Shown here: positions 12,331 to 24,554 of the stretch, piece after piece
How positions within the stretch are numbered: the stretch's first letter is position 1
Layout of the letters: each line of letters opens with the position of its first letter
Source of the DNA: Octopus sinensis
Lineage: Eukaryota
Reading direction: 5' to 3'
DNA: 64,000 nt
NCBI RefSeq assembly: GCF_006345805.1
Contig: NC_042998.1
Coordinates: 197,718,001-197,782,000, forward strand
Program-made: the position numbers and the translations under genes
Notes under the pieces: model-generated
Database searches by the model: none
What the model saw: only the letters and a program-made list of their open reading frames with translations
What the model was told of the DNA's origin: nothing

Positions 12331-12770
12331 TACATCAGTAGTTATTTCCAAGTGTGTTTTAACAGGGAACTCGAATTTTTGATGTCGCTTCTGTCAGATG
12401 TTGGTCGTTTGGTTGAGACATATTTATAACAGATAGTAACTGAACAATCTTCTGAATTACCTTCATATTTGATTATGTTACCAGGACACAGGTAGATATT
12501 CTTCAACTCTTCATTTACCCGGTCACCAACTTTTCAGTGTCTTCGTTACGACAATATATTGTTAACAGCTTCGATATAGAGTCTATGTTTAAATTTTGGT
12601 GTGAAGCTGTTTATCACCATGGTATAGTTCTAATGGAAAACCACGGGTACCCTTTCCTATGAGTGTATGCATTTCTCTAGGGACACTTAAAAAGAATTTC
12701 GGTTGTACAGCAAGACTAAATCCCTCCGTATACGCTTGGGTATGGAAATATGAATAATACGATATATCTA

Positions 12771-12843
<73 letters not shown>

Positions 12844-12844
12844 G

Positions 12845-12922
<78 letters not shown>

Positions 12923-12924
12923 CA

Positions 12925-13910
12925 GGGCCCATGGACAACTTCCAGAGATCCCTGGCTTGGCAGTGCTACCGAGAAGCGCTACCCGTTCGGGATAAGCTCT
13001 ACAGACACGGCTCGAGAAACACGGGGCCGACCTGCTCGAGATGCGGTCAGAGCGACGAAACCGTTCTGCACGCACTCGTGCAGTGTCCAACAATTTCCGA
13101 CCTGTGGGCTTATGTCGAACAACTGCTGTAACGTGTGGGACGAGTCGGTTTATCAGCTGAGTCTATCGTCAATATTGTCACGCCTCCTTCCTTCAACGGG
13201 AGGGAAGAGCTATTTTCATCATCCTTTGGTCTATGGCGAAAGAATGTATCTGGTGGACGCGTCTGAAAGGATTGGAGACAAACACTTTCCTCTCTGGTCA
13301 ATCTCTCATCAACTTCTTCAAGTACCACTTGAAAAGGAAAGTGAGAGTAGAGAGGCAAGTTTTGTCTAGCGAATGTTTTAAAAAAAGATGGGTGAATGAG
13401 CAAGGATGGCACGTATGAATGACGAAGCCACCTTGAGCATAATCCTATGAACCCAGAAATTGAAAACAGAGGGTTACCCACTTGCAAACAAATGTGGTAA
13501 CATATAAGAATATTGACCAAGGTTACCGTGGTCTTTTCGTAGGCTTTTCTTCCCACGGATAAACCTTACTTGCTTTCCCCTTTACACCATATATCATAAC
13601 ACTGTGATACACGATCCCTATTGATCGTTCTTTTTTTTTTTCCTCTTCCCTTTTTTTTCCCCTTTTTTTTCTTCTTTTTTCATTTCTCTTTCCTTTTGTT
13701 CCTTTTCCTTTCCTTTTATTTCTTTTTTATTCTTTTTATTTTATTCAATTTTTTTTGTTCTTTTCTTCCTCCCTTTTACGATCCCTCTTGATCGAAAACC
13801 TACGCCAACCCTTTTTTTTTTCTTTTGTTTTTTGTTCTCTTCATCCCCAAAGAAAGCTCTACCTTGTAACTTCCCATCTGTGTGCAGCCCTGTGTGGCCA
13901 ATAAAGAAAC
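12925..13910 (+). mobile_element. 5'-truncated Tx1/L1-clade LINE (ORF2 C-terminal zinc-finger region plus 3' UTR)
   Basis: [20 protein letters not shown]...CSRCGQSDETVLHALVQC, a CxxC...HxxxxC motif typical of L1/Tx1 ORF2. T-rich UTR ending AATAAAGAAAC. Flanked by (TATC)n on both sides. Confidence 0.8.
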
Positions 13911-14035
<125 letters not shown>

Positions 14036-14147
14036 ACTCGATCGTACACATATACGGTATAGACAAATGTATTTAGTATTTAAGTATCTTTGGTATACAT
14101 ACTACATACATACATACATATATACATACATACATTATATATATATA

Positions 14148-14269
<122 letters not shown>

Positions 14270-15794
14270 TAACGCGAAGAAGTGTTAGCGGGTCCAAAGA
14301 GACCTAGCGAAAAAGTGCTTTAGGAAATGAACAGTAAAAATTCCCTGATGAACGAAAGTTAATACTTATCTTATTATGGGCGTGTATGTGTAACATTAGC
14401 TAAATGTATATAGGAACATTTTATCCAAGTGTGTGTATGCTAATGTGAGACACGTTGTTTTATGTTTGAAGCAGTTCTTGAAACAAAAAACTAACCAGGG
14501 TGACGAAGTGTTCTCTATTGTCTCGGATAGCAATTTTCTTTATGGATAGTGAAAGTATTTGGGTATCTAACGTGGTCAGGTCGTTTGACTTAGTGACTGT
14601 CAGATGTTCACGACGATTACTAAAGAGAATAAAGATGGAGTAATCAGGGAGAAATAATTTGTGATTAGGATTCGTTTACCTTTTTTTAATGATTTATTTA
14701 TAAGAAGAAAGTCTGCTCTCATAAGCATTTTTTAGATTTTCTGTGCCGGGTGGGACTAAATACTCACTCAAATGCTCCACTAACGGCACCCAAGGGCCAG
14801 GTGATCGTGTTAACAGAATGATGGATTAAGTCTACCGGACAAAACACTGAAGATTGTTGAATTTACTCTTTTTACTCTTTTTACTCTTTTACTTGTTTCA
14901 GTCATTTGACTGCGGCCATGCTGGAGCACCGCCTTTTAGTCGAGTAAATCGACCCCGGGACTTATTCTTTTGTAAACCTAGTACTTATTCTATCGGTCTC
15001 TTTAGCCGAACCGCTAAGTTACGGGGACGTAAACACACCAGCATCGGTTGTCAAGCAATGCTAGGGGGGACAAACACAAACACACAAACACACACACACA
15101 CACACACCACACATACATACATATATATATACATATATACGACAGGCTTCTTTCAGTTTCCGTCTACCAAATCCACTCACAAGGCATTGGTCGGCCCGGG
15201 GCTATAGTAGAAGACACTTGCCCAAGATGCCACGCAGTGGGACTGAACCATGTGGTTGGTAAGCAAGCTACTCACCACACAGCCACTCCTGCGCCTATTA
15301 GATCATCATTTCAAATATGGTGATTGTTTCTTGTGGAATTTCGAGATCTTAAGGTTTCCACCGTTTCTTTTTTCTTCTTATCATAGAAAGAAAACTAATT
15401 GTTTTGATGAATGATTGACAAAAATTGAAAGGAATTATCTGATTTACAAGAAGTGTCGCTAAATATATTCCTCCTAATATGTTCAGCTATTGAGTACTGT
15501 TCATGAAGAACAACAAATTAGAAGGATTTCAGAAAGTCTGAAGACTGAAGATTTCTATTCAAATCTAAGTGACAATCTGGATAAGCTAAGGTTTTCAGAA
15601 AAAAGAAAAAAAAATCAACCGATTAACTCGCACATTACAGATACACTCTGTAAGCGGAACAGTAAAAATATGCAAGACTTTTCTCAATTTTTATCAACGT
15701 GACATTATTTTTGTTATCTACATTTCAAAGATGGAGCTTTGTATCTTTGACAGAAACCAACTCCTTCCTCAGAAGAATTTAAATAATCAAAAAC

Positions 15795-15992
15795 ATCCAT
15801 CCATCCATCCACCCATCAATCCATTCACCCACCCATCCACCCACCCATCCACCCATCCAACCATCCATCCATCCATCCATCCACCCCTCCATCCGTCCAC
15901 CCATCCATCCATCCATCCATGCATTCATCCATCCATCCATCCATCCATCCACCCACCCATCCACCCATCCAACCATCCATCCATCCATCCAT

Positions 15993-16051
<59 letters not shown>

Positions 16052-16488
16052 CCCATCTATCCATCCATCCATCCATCCATCTGTCCACCCATCCACCCAT
16101 CCATCCATCCATGCATCCATGCATCCATCCATCCATCCATCCATCCATCCATCCATCCATCCATCCATCCATCCATCCATCTGTCCACCCATCCATCCAT
16201 CCATCCATCCATCCATCCATGCATTCATCCATCCATCCACCCATCCATCCATCCATCCACCCATCCATCCATCCATCCACCCATCCACCCATCTATCCAT
16301 CCATCCATCCATCCATGCATGCATGCATGCATTCATCCATTCATCCACCCATCCATCCATGCATTCATCCATGCATCCATGCATCCATGCATCCATCCGT
16401 CCACCCATCCATCCATCCATCCATGCATCCATGCATCAATCCATGCATCCATGCATCCATCCGTCCACCCATCCATCCATCCATCCAT

Positions 16489-16519
<31 letters not shown>

Positions 16520-16564
16520 CCCATCCATCCACCCATCCACCCATCCACCCATCCATCAATCCAT

Positions 16565-16595
<31 letters not shown>

Positions 16596-16748
16596 CCCAT
16601 CCATCCACCCATCCATCCGTCCACCCATCCACCCATCCATCCATCCATCCACCCATCCATCCGTCCACCCATCCACCCATCCACCCATCCATCCGTCCAC
16701 CCATCCATCCATCCATCCATCCATCCATCCATCCATCCATCCATCCAT
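15795..16748. repeat. (CCAT)n microsatellite, ~950 bp
   Basis: Direct inspection. Source of the spurious HPSI/DGWM ORFs. Confidence 0.98.
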
Positions 16749-16971
16749 TAAGCGAATCGTAAAAACAAAAAAATAAAGCGATGTAGAAGTGTTGAAGATT
16801 ACTGCATCAGAATGAGATGAATGGGAGCTGTATAAACGATTGTGAATATTAATGTCACCAAGAAAATAATTTCAAAAAAAGTTGGAATATAATCGAAATC
16901 ATCGATGCAAGAAGAGGTACAGTAAGTGTGGTGGTCGGAGGAATTCGGAGATCAGTGGATGAGGCAATTTT

Positions 16972-17108
16972 TCTCCTACCCTGATGTAATCTCCAGGGAT
17001 ACAGGCATCCAGCAACAGGACCTCCGTAATGCTATGATGGACCGTGAAGTCTGGCGTAGCATAGTAAATTCCATTGTCTCGACCACGGTCGAACAATGAT
17101 GATGATGA
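16972..17108 (+). mobile_element. RTE-type LINE extreme 3' end
   Basis: YPDVISRDTGIQQQDLRNAMMDREVWRSIV followed by a (TGA)n tail. Confidence 0.7.
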
Positions 17109-17613
17109 AGAGAGATTTTGAACTAGAGTAACTAGAATTCTGTGTCAAGAGAGGTGAGCGGCGGGAACAGCAACATCTATGCATACACAGATACTTTCGG
17201 AGTTTAGTTTGAGTCAAGTGTGTAGCGAGGACAATAGAGATAGTTTGCAGATAAAAGCTGAAAGAAGATTTGTTTCTCGGATAATAAAATATGTTGTTTG
17301 TATTAGTAATAAAGTCGTGTGTGTGGTCTCGGTTGGACCGGAGTCCACAGACGTTAGAGAAGAGGAGAGATAAATTGCCGGGTGGTTTAGTTTTATTTTT
17401 GGGTATCTTGGCAAGAGCAGAAGGTGTTTATGCGATGCGAAGTGACTGTAAATTCTTACCGAATGCTTTACAACAGAGCCGACCCTGATAAAGGTACGTC
17501 CGAGAAAGTACTTTTAAGTAGAGAGTAATGGTGCCGGTGGTGGGGTGCTATAGTCTTCCCCAAGTTACCAACATATGAAAGTAGCGATAGAACTTATAGT
17601 TAAAGATGCTTAC

Positions 17614-17739
17614 CTTACTGAAGTCAAAATTCATTTGATTCACTGAACTCAGATTAAACGGTACTTCCTTGTTCAGGGGAGCTGCGGTCACCAAACTGGA
17701 CACAACAGTCACAAACAACAGCACGATTCCAAACGACAT
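17614..17739 (-). CDS. Lipocalin (ApoD-like) exon 1: signal peptide and N-terminus, MSFGIVLLFVTVVSSLVTAAPLNKEVPFNLSSVNQMNFDFSK
   Basis: ATG followed by a hydrophobic signal-peptide-like stretch. Ends AAG|GTAAGC (phase 0). FDFSK joins FSGPWY of the next exon to give lipocalin motif SCR1. Confidence 0.85.
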
Positions 17740-17809
17740 GTTTCAATTTATGAAGCTCTTGTAGTTCTTGAGATAATAACGATTCCAGTACCTAGAAGTT
17801 TAGGTTTGG

Positions 17810-17815
17810 TTTATA
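17810..17815 (-). promoter_or_regulatory. Probable TATA box of the lipocalin gene
   Basis: TATAAA on the minus strand about 70 nt upstream of the ATG at 17739. Confidence 0.5.
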
Positions 17816-18716
17816 GATTGTTGACCACTAAAGGATCATAACTTAACAGGTAGAACACCAACAATTAACTGCTGCAGTAACAATAATAGCATCAACGAAG
17901 ATATATAATTTATGTAGTTTGGTTTATGACCTTCTTGTATACGAAAGAATTGGTAAAAATATTCCTGTTACTGGTGTTGATAATAAGTATCACTTGATAT
18001 TGGTAAATTAATTTTTGGTTGCTTCAAATCAAAGTCGAGCAAAATTCGACAGAAAACTATATTTAGTTGGAAATATTCAGCATAATAAAAAATTGATTCC
18101 AAGACTTGAGTGAGAGTTCCTGTTTAAATCGATACCAAAATAGGAATGGAATCTGTCTGTAATTCTGTTAAATGATTTAAAGAAATTATTTACTTACTAA
18201 GAGTTTTTTTTTTTTCAGCTAGAGAAACCTCAAATAACAAAAGTATTTATAGAATTTCATAAAACATTGAACTGTGGGTAATTTCATTCGTATTCTGGTT
18301 AAACATATACGAAACACATTCATACATGGTCAAACACACACGTATACACAGTAGGTGTACATGTGTGAGTGTATCTGTGTGTATGTACAGGATTATGCAT
18401 GCATGCGTGTGTGTCTGCGTACGAAAGTGAGAGAGAGAGAGAAAGAGAGAGGGAGAGAGAGAGGGAGAGAGAGAGAGAGAGTGAGAGAGAGGGAGAGAGA
18501 AATGGGGATTTTTGGGATATTTGAGTGACGGTTGATGTTTGTTTTAATGTGCGTATTTATTTATATAATACATTCGTATATGTATACAAGCACACGCGCA
18601 CACACACACACCGCTTCTATATGCAAATATATATATATGTACGTTTGTATAAATGTATGTATGTATGTATGTATGTATGTATGTATGTATGTATGTATGT
18701 ATGTATGCTTATGTAT

Positions 18717-18747
<31 letters not shown>

Positions 18748-18885
18748 TGTATGTGCGTCTCTGCGTTGTGTTGTGTGTGCACACGTGAAAATATGTAAAT
18801 ATATAAAAAAATGAATATAAACATATATATATACACCACACAGAAATATGCCAAGAATGCCAAGAACGTGATATATATATATGCG

Positions 18886-18944
<59 letters not shown>

Positions 18945-19049
18945 CATGTATATGGCATGTATAGATGTATACATTTAATTTATTTTATTTATATATTTAC
19001 ATTATATGTGTGCGCACATAGATACATACATACATACACATACATATTT

Positions 19050-19095
<46 letters not shown>

Positions 19096-19272
19096 GTATG
19101 CATGTATGTATGTGTATATATATATATGTATATATCATTATGTGTTATATATATAATATACAGATATATATATATATATATGACTTCTTCGCAGTCAGGT
19201 TGAAACACGCATTTGTCACATCGACTGATGGTGTGTACCTTCACACCAAATCAGACGGTAAACTTTATAGTG

Positions 19273-20384
19273 CAGTGGTTTCGAAGCCGTACGCTGCGCG
19301 CACTGGTTCACTGCAAGATGTAATTAGGTGTGTCTCGAAAAAGTAAGATTATATTTCAAAATATGAAAAATACAAACCGAAATTCGCTAGAAAGTTCATA
19401 TATAAATGTCAAAATAGCAAAAAGGTTTATACAAAGTTCTAAACTATGAACGAGAAGTGGTTGTATCATTCAATTTTGAATCTGAAATTTCATAAGGATA
19501 AGAACTAAATTAGCATTAATCTATCCTCGAAACTGACGTCTTATGGACATATTCGGTGCACGACCATGTTTCAGTTTGTTTTTCTGTCGTAGCCCCAGCA
19601 GTTTTCATTTCAATAATAAGAGTGAAAAATAAACTATTGAACCAAAATATACGATGTTGAACAAAATCTTTTAATACGTCCTCACGTATTGCGGCTGTAC
19701 TTCAATGCAATTTTCCACATCGTATTTATGTGAGTTGGGAATTTTCAACCCTCAATAACATCAAATCTAAAAAAAAGAGAGAGGCACAGTTGCATCTAAG
19801 AAGAAATGAAGGTTTGTCTTTCTCAAATACGTTCCAATATTGACAACCTTTCCAAAAAACATCAACCGCATGTTTCTCATTGATAACTTTGCTTCATATA
19901 TTGAACTAGCAGTATCGCCCGGCGTTGCTCGGGTTTGTAAGGGAAATAACTATATAAGCATTTTAGAGAGTTACGTCCCTTATATATTAGCAAAAAATGC
20001 ATTAAAAATGGGAAAAAATGATGGTAATTTTTTTAAAAATCGTAGACTTATCGTAGACGCGCGCTAATACCCAGAAGGGCTCGATATGAATCACGACTAT
20101 AAGATACCCAGTTTTGGTTAAACTGCACCGCAAAATGTGGGAGTAGTTAGGAATCTAAATCGTAGGAGACAGACACACAACCTCACTTTTATATATAAAG
20201 ATAAAGAGTATGTACATGCAAGTTTCTGCATTTTTAATCATCTCTCTATTAATTTATAGTTTATGCTATACTAATATGTATAAAACTCCTTTTGAATAAA
20301 TTTAGAACTTATGTACAAAGTGTACCTAAATATTTGGACTTCTTGTACGGTGCGCCGTGAGCAAAGTAAGTTTGAGAACCACTG
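19273..20384. mobile_element. Non-autonomous hAT element inserted in the RTE
   Basis: TIRs CAGTGGTTTCGAA / TTTGAGAACCACTG with 8-bp TSD TTATAGTG / GTATAGTG. Removing it restores the RTE reading frame GKLYSVSRLK. Confidence 0.85.
19906..20201 (-). mobile_element. Non-autonomous Helitron nested in the hAT element
   Basis: 5' TC, 3' CTAG, subterminal hairpin CCCGAGCAACGCCGGG, inserted between A and T with no TSD. Confidence 0.85.
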
Positions 20385-21461
20385 GTATAGTGTGTCGAGG
20401 CTGAAGCAAAATCCAAGGTGCGTCAGGTACTCATCAGGGAAATGCTGTTTGCTGACGACGCAGCACTGACAGCACACTCTGAGGAGAAAATGCAGTAGAT
20501 CGTGGACAAAATCTCAAAGGCCTGTCTGGAATTCAGCCTGACTATCAGTCTGAAGAAGACCAACGTACTGGACCAAAGCGTCAAGCACTTCCTCCATCAT
20601 CGTCAACAACTACAAGCTGGAAGTAGTCCATCACCTACCTCGGCTTTACCATAGCTGACGACCTCTCCTTAGACCCTGAGATCAACAGGTGAATTGGACA
20701 AGCATCCTCCACATTTTCCAGGCTCACAAAGAGAGTCTGGGAAAACAGAAAACTGGCTGCAAGCACCAAGATTGCTGTCTATAAGGCGGGCTTCCTTAGT
20801 ACGCTACTTCATGACAGTGAAACGTGGAGCCTCTACTCCAGATAGGAGTGGCGGTTCAACGTCTTCCACCTTCGTAATTTGAGACGCATCGTGGATATCA
20901 AGTGGATCGACCGCATCACCAAAGCCGAAATTCTCAACTGCACCTAGATACCCAGTATACTCACGCTGCTCTAGCAGCACCGTCTTCGCTGGCTCGGTCA
21001 TGTACATCGCATACCGGACAGGAGGATCCCCAAAGACCTCCTGAGTGGGGAACTGGTCACCTGCACAAGAGCATGAGAACGACCTCATCTTCACTTCAAG
21101 GTCGTCTGCAAGAGAGATGTAAAATCGTTTGATCTGAACGTCCTGGGATAGGAGGAAGTCGCAAATGATCGCCCACGCTGAAGATCAAAATACTGCGAAA
21201 AGGGATGAAGCGAAGAGAAGAGAAACAGGAACCCGCCACCAAAGAAAAGCGCACTCGACGGAAGGAAAACCAGTGGCGCCGGTAGAGAGCTCCTTCAAAT
21301 GCAGCCGCTGTATACGTGACTGCTAATCTCGTGTGGGCCTCTACAGCTGCAGAAGACGCTGCACCGCCATCAGCAGCTGACACAATTTCTTCAGGCGCAG
21401 ATCCATGGTTTCTCGAGATTGACGGATGCCTACTAAACATATATATATATTATTATTATTA

Positions 21462-21502
<41 letters not shown>

Positions 21503-21521
21503 TATTATTATTATTATTATT

Positions 21522-22076
21522 GAGTGAGAGAGCAGTGCATGCCATCAAAGTGACACTGGGGTAAAATATACGAAGCCCAGCATACCCATCATGACTACCC
21601 GTCTGATAAAGGTACACCAGGCACATGCATCACAACCATATGTGCGCGACATGGTGATCTCATATCAAGATAAATAGCACATGACCTTGTAGGTGGGGCC
21701 CAGTAAGAATTTTCTTCAGGTTGAGTAGCCCATCCCACTCAAAAGGTCCTTGAATAAGTGTTGTTTAAGGATGTTGAAAGAACCACCCATGTTTCCAGAG
21801 GTGAATTATTCAAACCCCAAAGAATCCCTCTCAACACATGGCTATGATGCTCCCCCACTACTTCTGCTCGTGATCAGAGATGCACATATCGTCAGCCACT
21901 AAGGGACATGCTCAACTGGTTAATGTCAAACAACTGACAAGCAAATCTGTGGTATTGAGCAGAATATTTGCTGTAGCCCATCTTTTATACCAAGACAAAA
22001 CAATGTACATGATAACACTTCCAATCAGTTAAGATCAGAAGCCATGAGAGCCACTGCCTGGTACTGCATCAGGGCA
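21522..22076 (-). mobile_element. 555-bp non-coding element embedded in a (TAA)n array
   Basis: Sharp boundaries with (TAT/ATT)n arrays on both sides and no ORF. The retroelement nature is inferred. Confidence 0.55.
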
Positions 22077-22292
22077 TTTATTATATTATTATTATTATTA
22101 TTATTATATTATTATTATTATTATTATTATATTATTATTATTATTATATTATTATATTATTATTATTAATATTTTTATTATTATTTTTAAGGAAGTGATT
22201 TCCGAGTCCACGGGAGAGAGAAATTCAATTTAGTGATTTAGTGCTACTAAAATGAATTTCTCGCTGTATTACATACATATATATATATAATA

Positions 22293-22762
22293 GGTTTAAG
22301 AGACAGAACTACCTTCAATCTACTCAAACAACATTGAACGACATTATCTATGATAGAGGTATATAAGATTAACTTTTATCAAAATTAATATCTACAATTA
22401 CTATTCTGAGTCATATATTAAATTAAATTATTTAGACAACGCGCGTTTCATGACAATATGTCTATCGGTATTTCTGAAATAGAAATACCGATAGATATAT
22501 TCAGGTCTGGGTTATATAAAACTATGTAAATAGTTTGGTAGTGTAGTCGGATTGATATGGTATTGAATTTCGAGATCTTCAGAAATACCGATAGACATAT
22601 TGTCATGAAACGCGCGTTGTCTAAATAATTTAACTTAGTATATGATTCAGAATAGTGATTGTAGATATTAATTTTGATAAAAGTTATTTTATATATCTCT
22701 ATCATAGATAATGTCGTTCAATGTTGTTTGAGTTGCTTGAAGGTGGTTCCGTCTCTTAACCC
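22293..22762. mobile_element. Long-TIR MITE (~185-bp arms, ~100-bp spacer), superfamily unassigned
   Basis: 22293-22477 is the reverse complement of 22577-22762, roughly 90% matching by eye. Confidence 0.75.
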
Positions 22763-22772
22763 CCCCTCTCTC

Positions 22773-22847
<75 letters not shown>

Positions 22848-22964
22848 TCCTGATAGATAGTTATATATTTTACATTTTTATTTTTTATTTTTTATTTTAT
22901 ACGTATATATATATATATATAATATATATATATATATAATATAATATATATAATATATATATAT

Positions 22965-23195
22965 ATACGAGAGTTAAGGAATGCAGTAGATAAGACCTGG
23001 CCTACATATTTTTCATAGCAAGCGGAACATCGGAAGTGGTAAATATTCAAGCGAGGTGTATACTGTAGGGTACTCTTCAGGCGAAGGGTATCTTGGTTAA
23101 ATGAAAGTTTACATTGTTGCAATCACATTCTGATTGAATCTTCCATGTGTTAACATGTAAAACCTTGCGACAATGTAAACTTTCATTTATTAAAA
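22965..23195 (-). mobile_element. Penelope-like fragment (GIY-YIG region) with terminal inversion; sister copy at ~33722-33920
   Basis: NIYHFRCSACYEKYVGQ resembles the GIY-YIG start VYxFxCxxCxxxYVGQT. Two diverged copies are present in the window. Confidence 0.6.
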
Positions 23196-23247
23196 ACATC
23201 CTTGACCTGAAGAGTAGACTGCGGTATACACCTTGCTTGGACATTTA

Positions 23248-23495
23248 TTGGGCTGTTGCATAATTATTGCAGCTTTTTTTTTAAACAAATTTTATTCAAC
23301 AAAAATAATAACAACATTTAATAAAAACACCTTTAAATGACAGTCCGACCATCTGCCAAGCAAATGTGAAGCAGTAATTGGAGTAGATGGTGAACATGCT
23401 CCGGAATAATCATTTAAAGATCTTTTTGTTACAAGTTATTGCTTTTGTTGAATAAAATTTGTTGAAAAAAAGCCACAATAATTATGCACCAACTA
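23248..23495. mobile_element. Mariner (Hsmar1/MADE-like) MITE
   Basis: ~55-bp imperfect TIRs, GTTGCATAATTATTGCAGC...AAACAAATTTTATTCAACAAAA and the reverse complement ending TTATGCACCAACTA. Confidence 0.7.
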
Positions 23496-23630
23496 TATAT
23501 ATATATTGTGCACCAACTATATATATATATTGTGCACCAACTATATATATATTGTGCACCAACTATATATATATATTGTGCACCAACTATATATATATAT
23601 TGTGCACCAACTATATATATATATTGTGCG
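23485..23630. repeat. Six-unit 22-24-bp minisatellite TGCACCAACT(AT)nTG
   Basis: Direct inspection. The first unit is the mariner TIR end. Confidence 0.9.
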
Positions 23631-23875
23631 CCTTTGTATCTGTGTTTGTGCCCCCACCATTGCTTGACAACTGATTTTGGTGTGCTGATGTCCCTGTAAT
23701 CTAGCGTTTCAGTAAAAGAGGCTGATAGAATAAGTACTAGGCTTCAAAAGAATAAGTTCCGGGGGTCGATTTGTTCGATGAAAACCTTTTAAGGCAGTGC
23801 TTCAGCATGGCCGCAGTCAAATGACTGAAACAAGTAAACGGAAGTAAAAGAATATCTATCTATCTATCTCTCTAC

Positions 23876-23971
<96 letters not shown>

Positions 23972-23986
23972 ATATACATATCTATC

Positions 23987-24448
23987 TTAGTGAATGTTTA
24001 AAAAAAAGATGGGTGAATGTAGCAAGGATGGCACGTATGAATGACGAAGCCACCTTGACTATGATTCTATGAACCGTAAAAATTAATACAGAGAGTTGCT
24101 TATTTGCAAAAAAAAAAAAAGAAATATAACATGTGACTTCATTGACCGAGGTTACCGTGGTCTTTTCCGTAGGCTTTTCTTTCCACGGGTAAACCTCACC
24201 TGTCCTCCCCTTTACACTTCATATTGACATTTCTGTGATAACGATCCCTATTGATCAACTTTTTTTCCTCTCCCCTTTTCTTCCCCCCCCCCTTTTTAAA
24301 AAAAATCCTCCCCTTTTTTGTCCTCTTTCTTTCCTTTTACGATCCCTTTTGATCGAAAACCAACCCCCTCTTTTTTACCCCCAAAAGAAAAGCTCTACCT
24401 TGTAATTTGTTCTGTCTGTGTGCAGCCCTGTGTGGCTAATAAAGAAAC
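23987..24448 (+). mobile_element. Second, shorter copy of the same Tx1-like LINE 3' end
   Basis: Colinear with 13365-13910 (gaatgtttaaaaaaagatgggtgaatg...cagccctgtgtggc.aataaagaaac). Again flanked by (TATC)n on both sides. Confidence 0.8.
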
Positions 24449-24471
24449 ATATCTATCTATCTATCTGTCTG

Positions 24472-24554
<83 letters not shown>

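Larger units (their letters stand above)
19179..21435 (+). mobile_element. RTE-clade LINE (RT domain to 3' end), split by a nested hAT element
   Basis: LKHAFVTSTDGVYLHTKSDGKLYS|VSRLK...EMLFADDAALTAHSEE. Degenerate ORF through to GACGGATGCCTACTA, followed by a (TAT)n tail. Confidence 0.85.

Noticed and set aside
14340-14362. CTGATGA-AC-GAAA hammerhead-like string
   Set aside because: There is no stem II and no convincing stem I or III.
17460-17510. Candidate exon YFLGRTFIRVGSVVKHS just after exon 1
   Set aside because: It would separate FDFSK from GPWY and destroy the SCR1 motif that the exon 1 to 8062 join creates.
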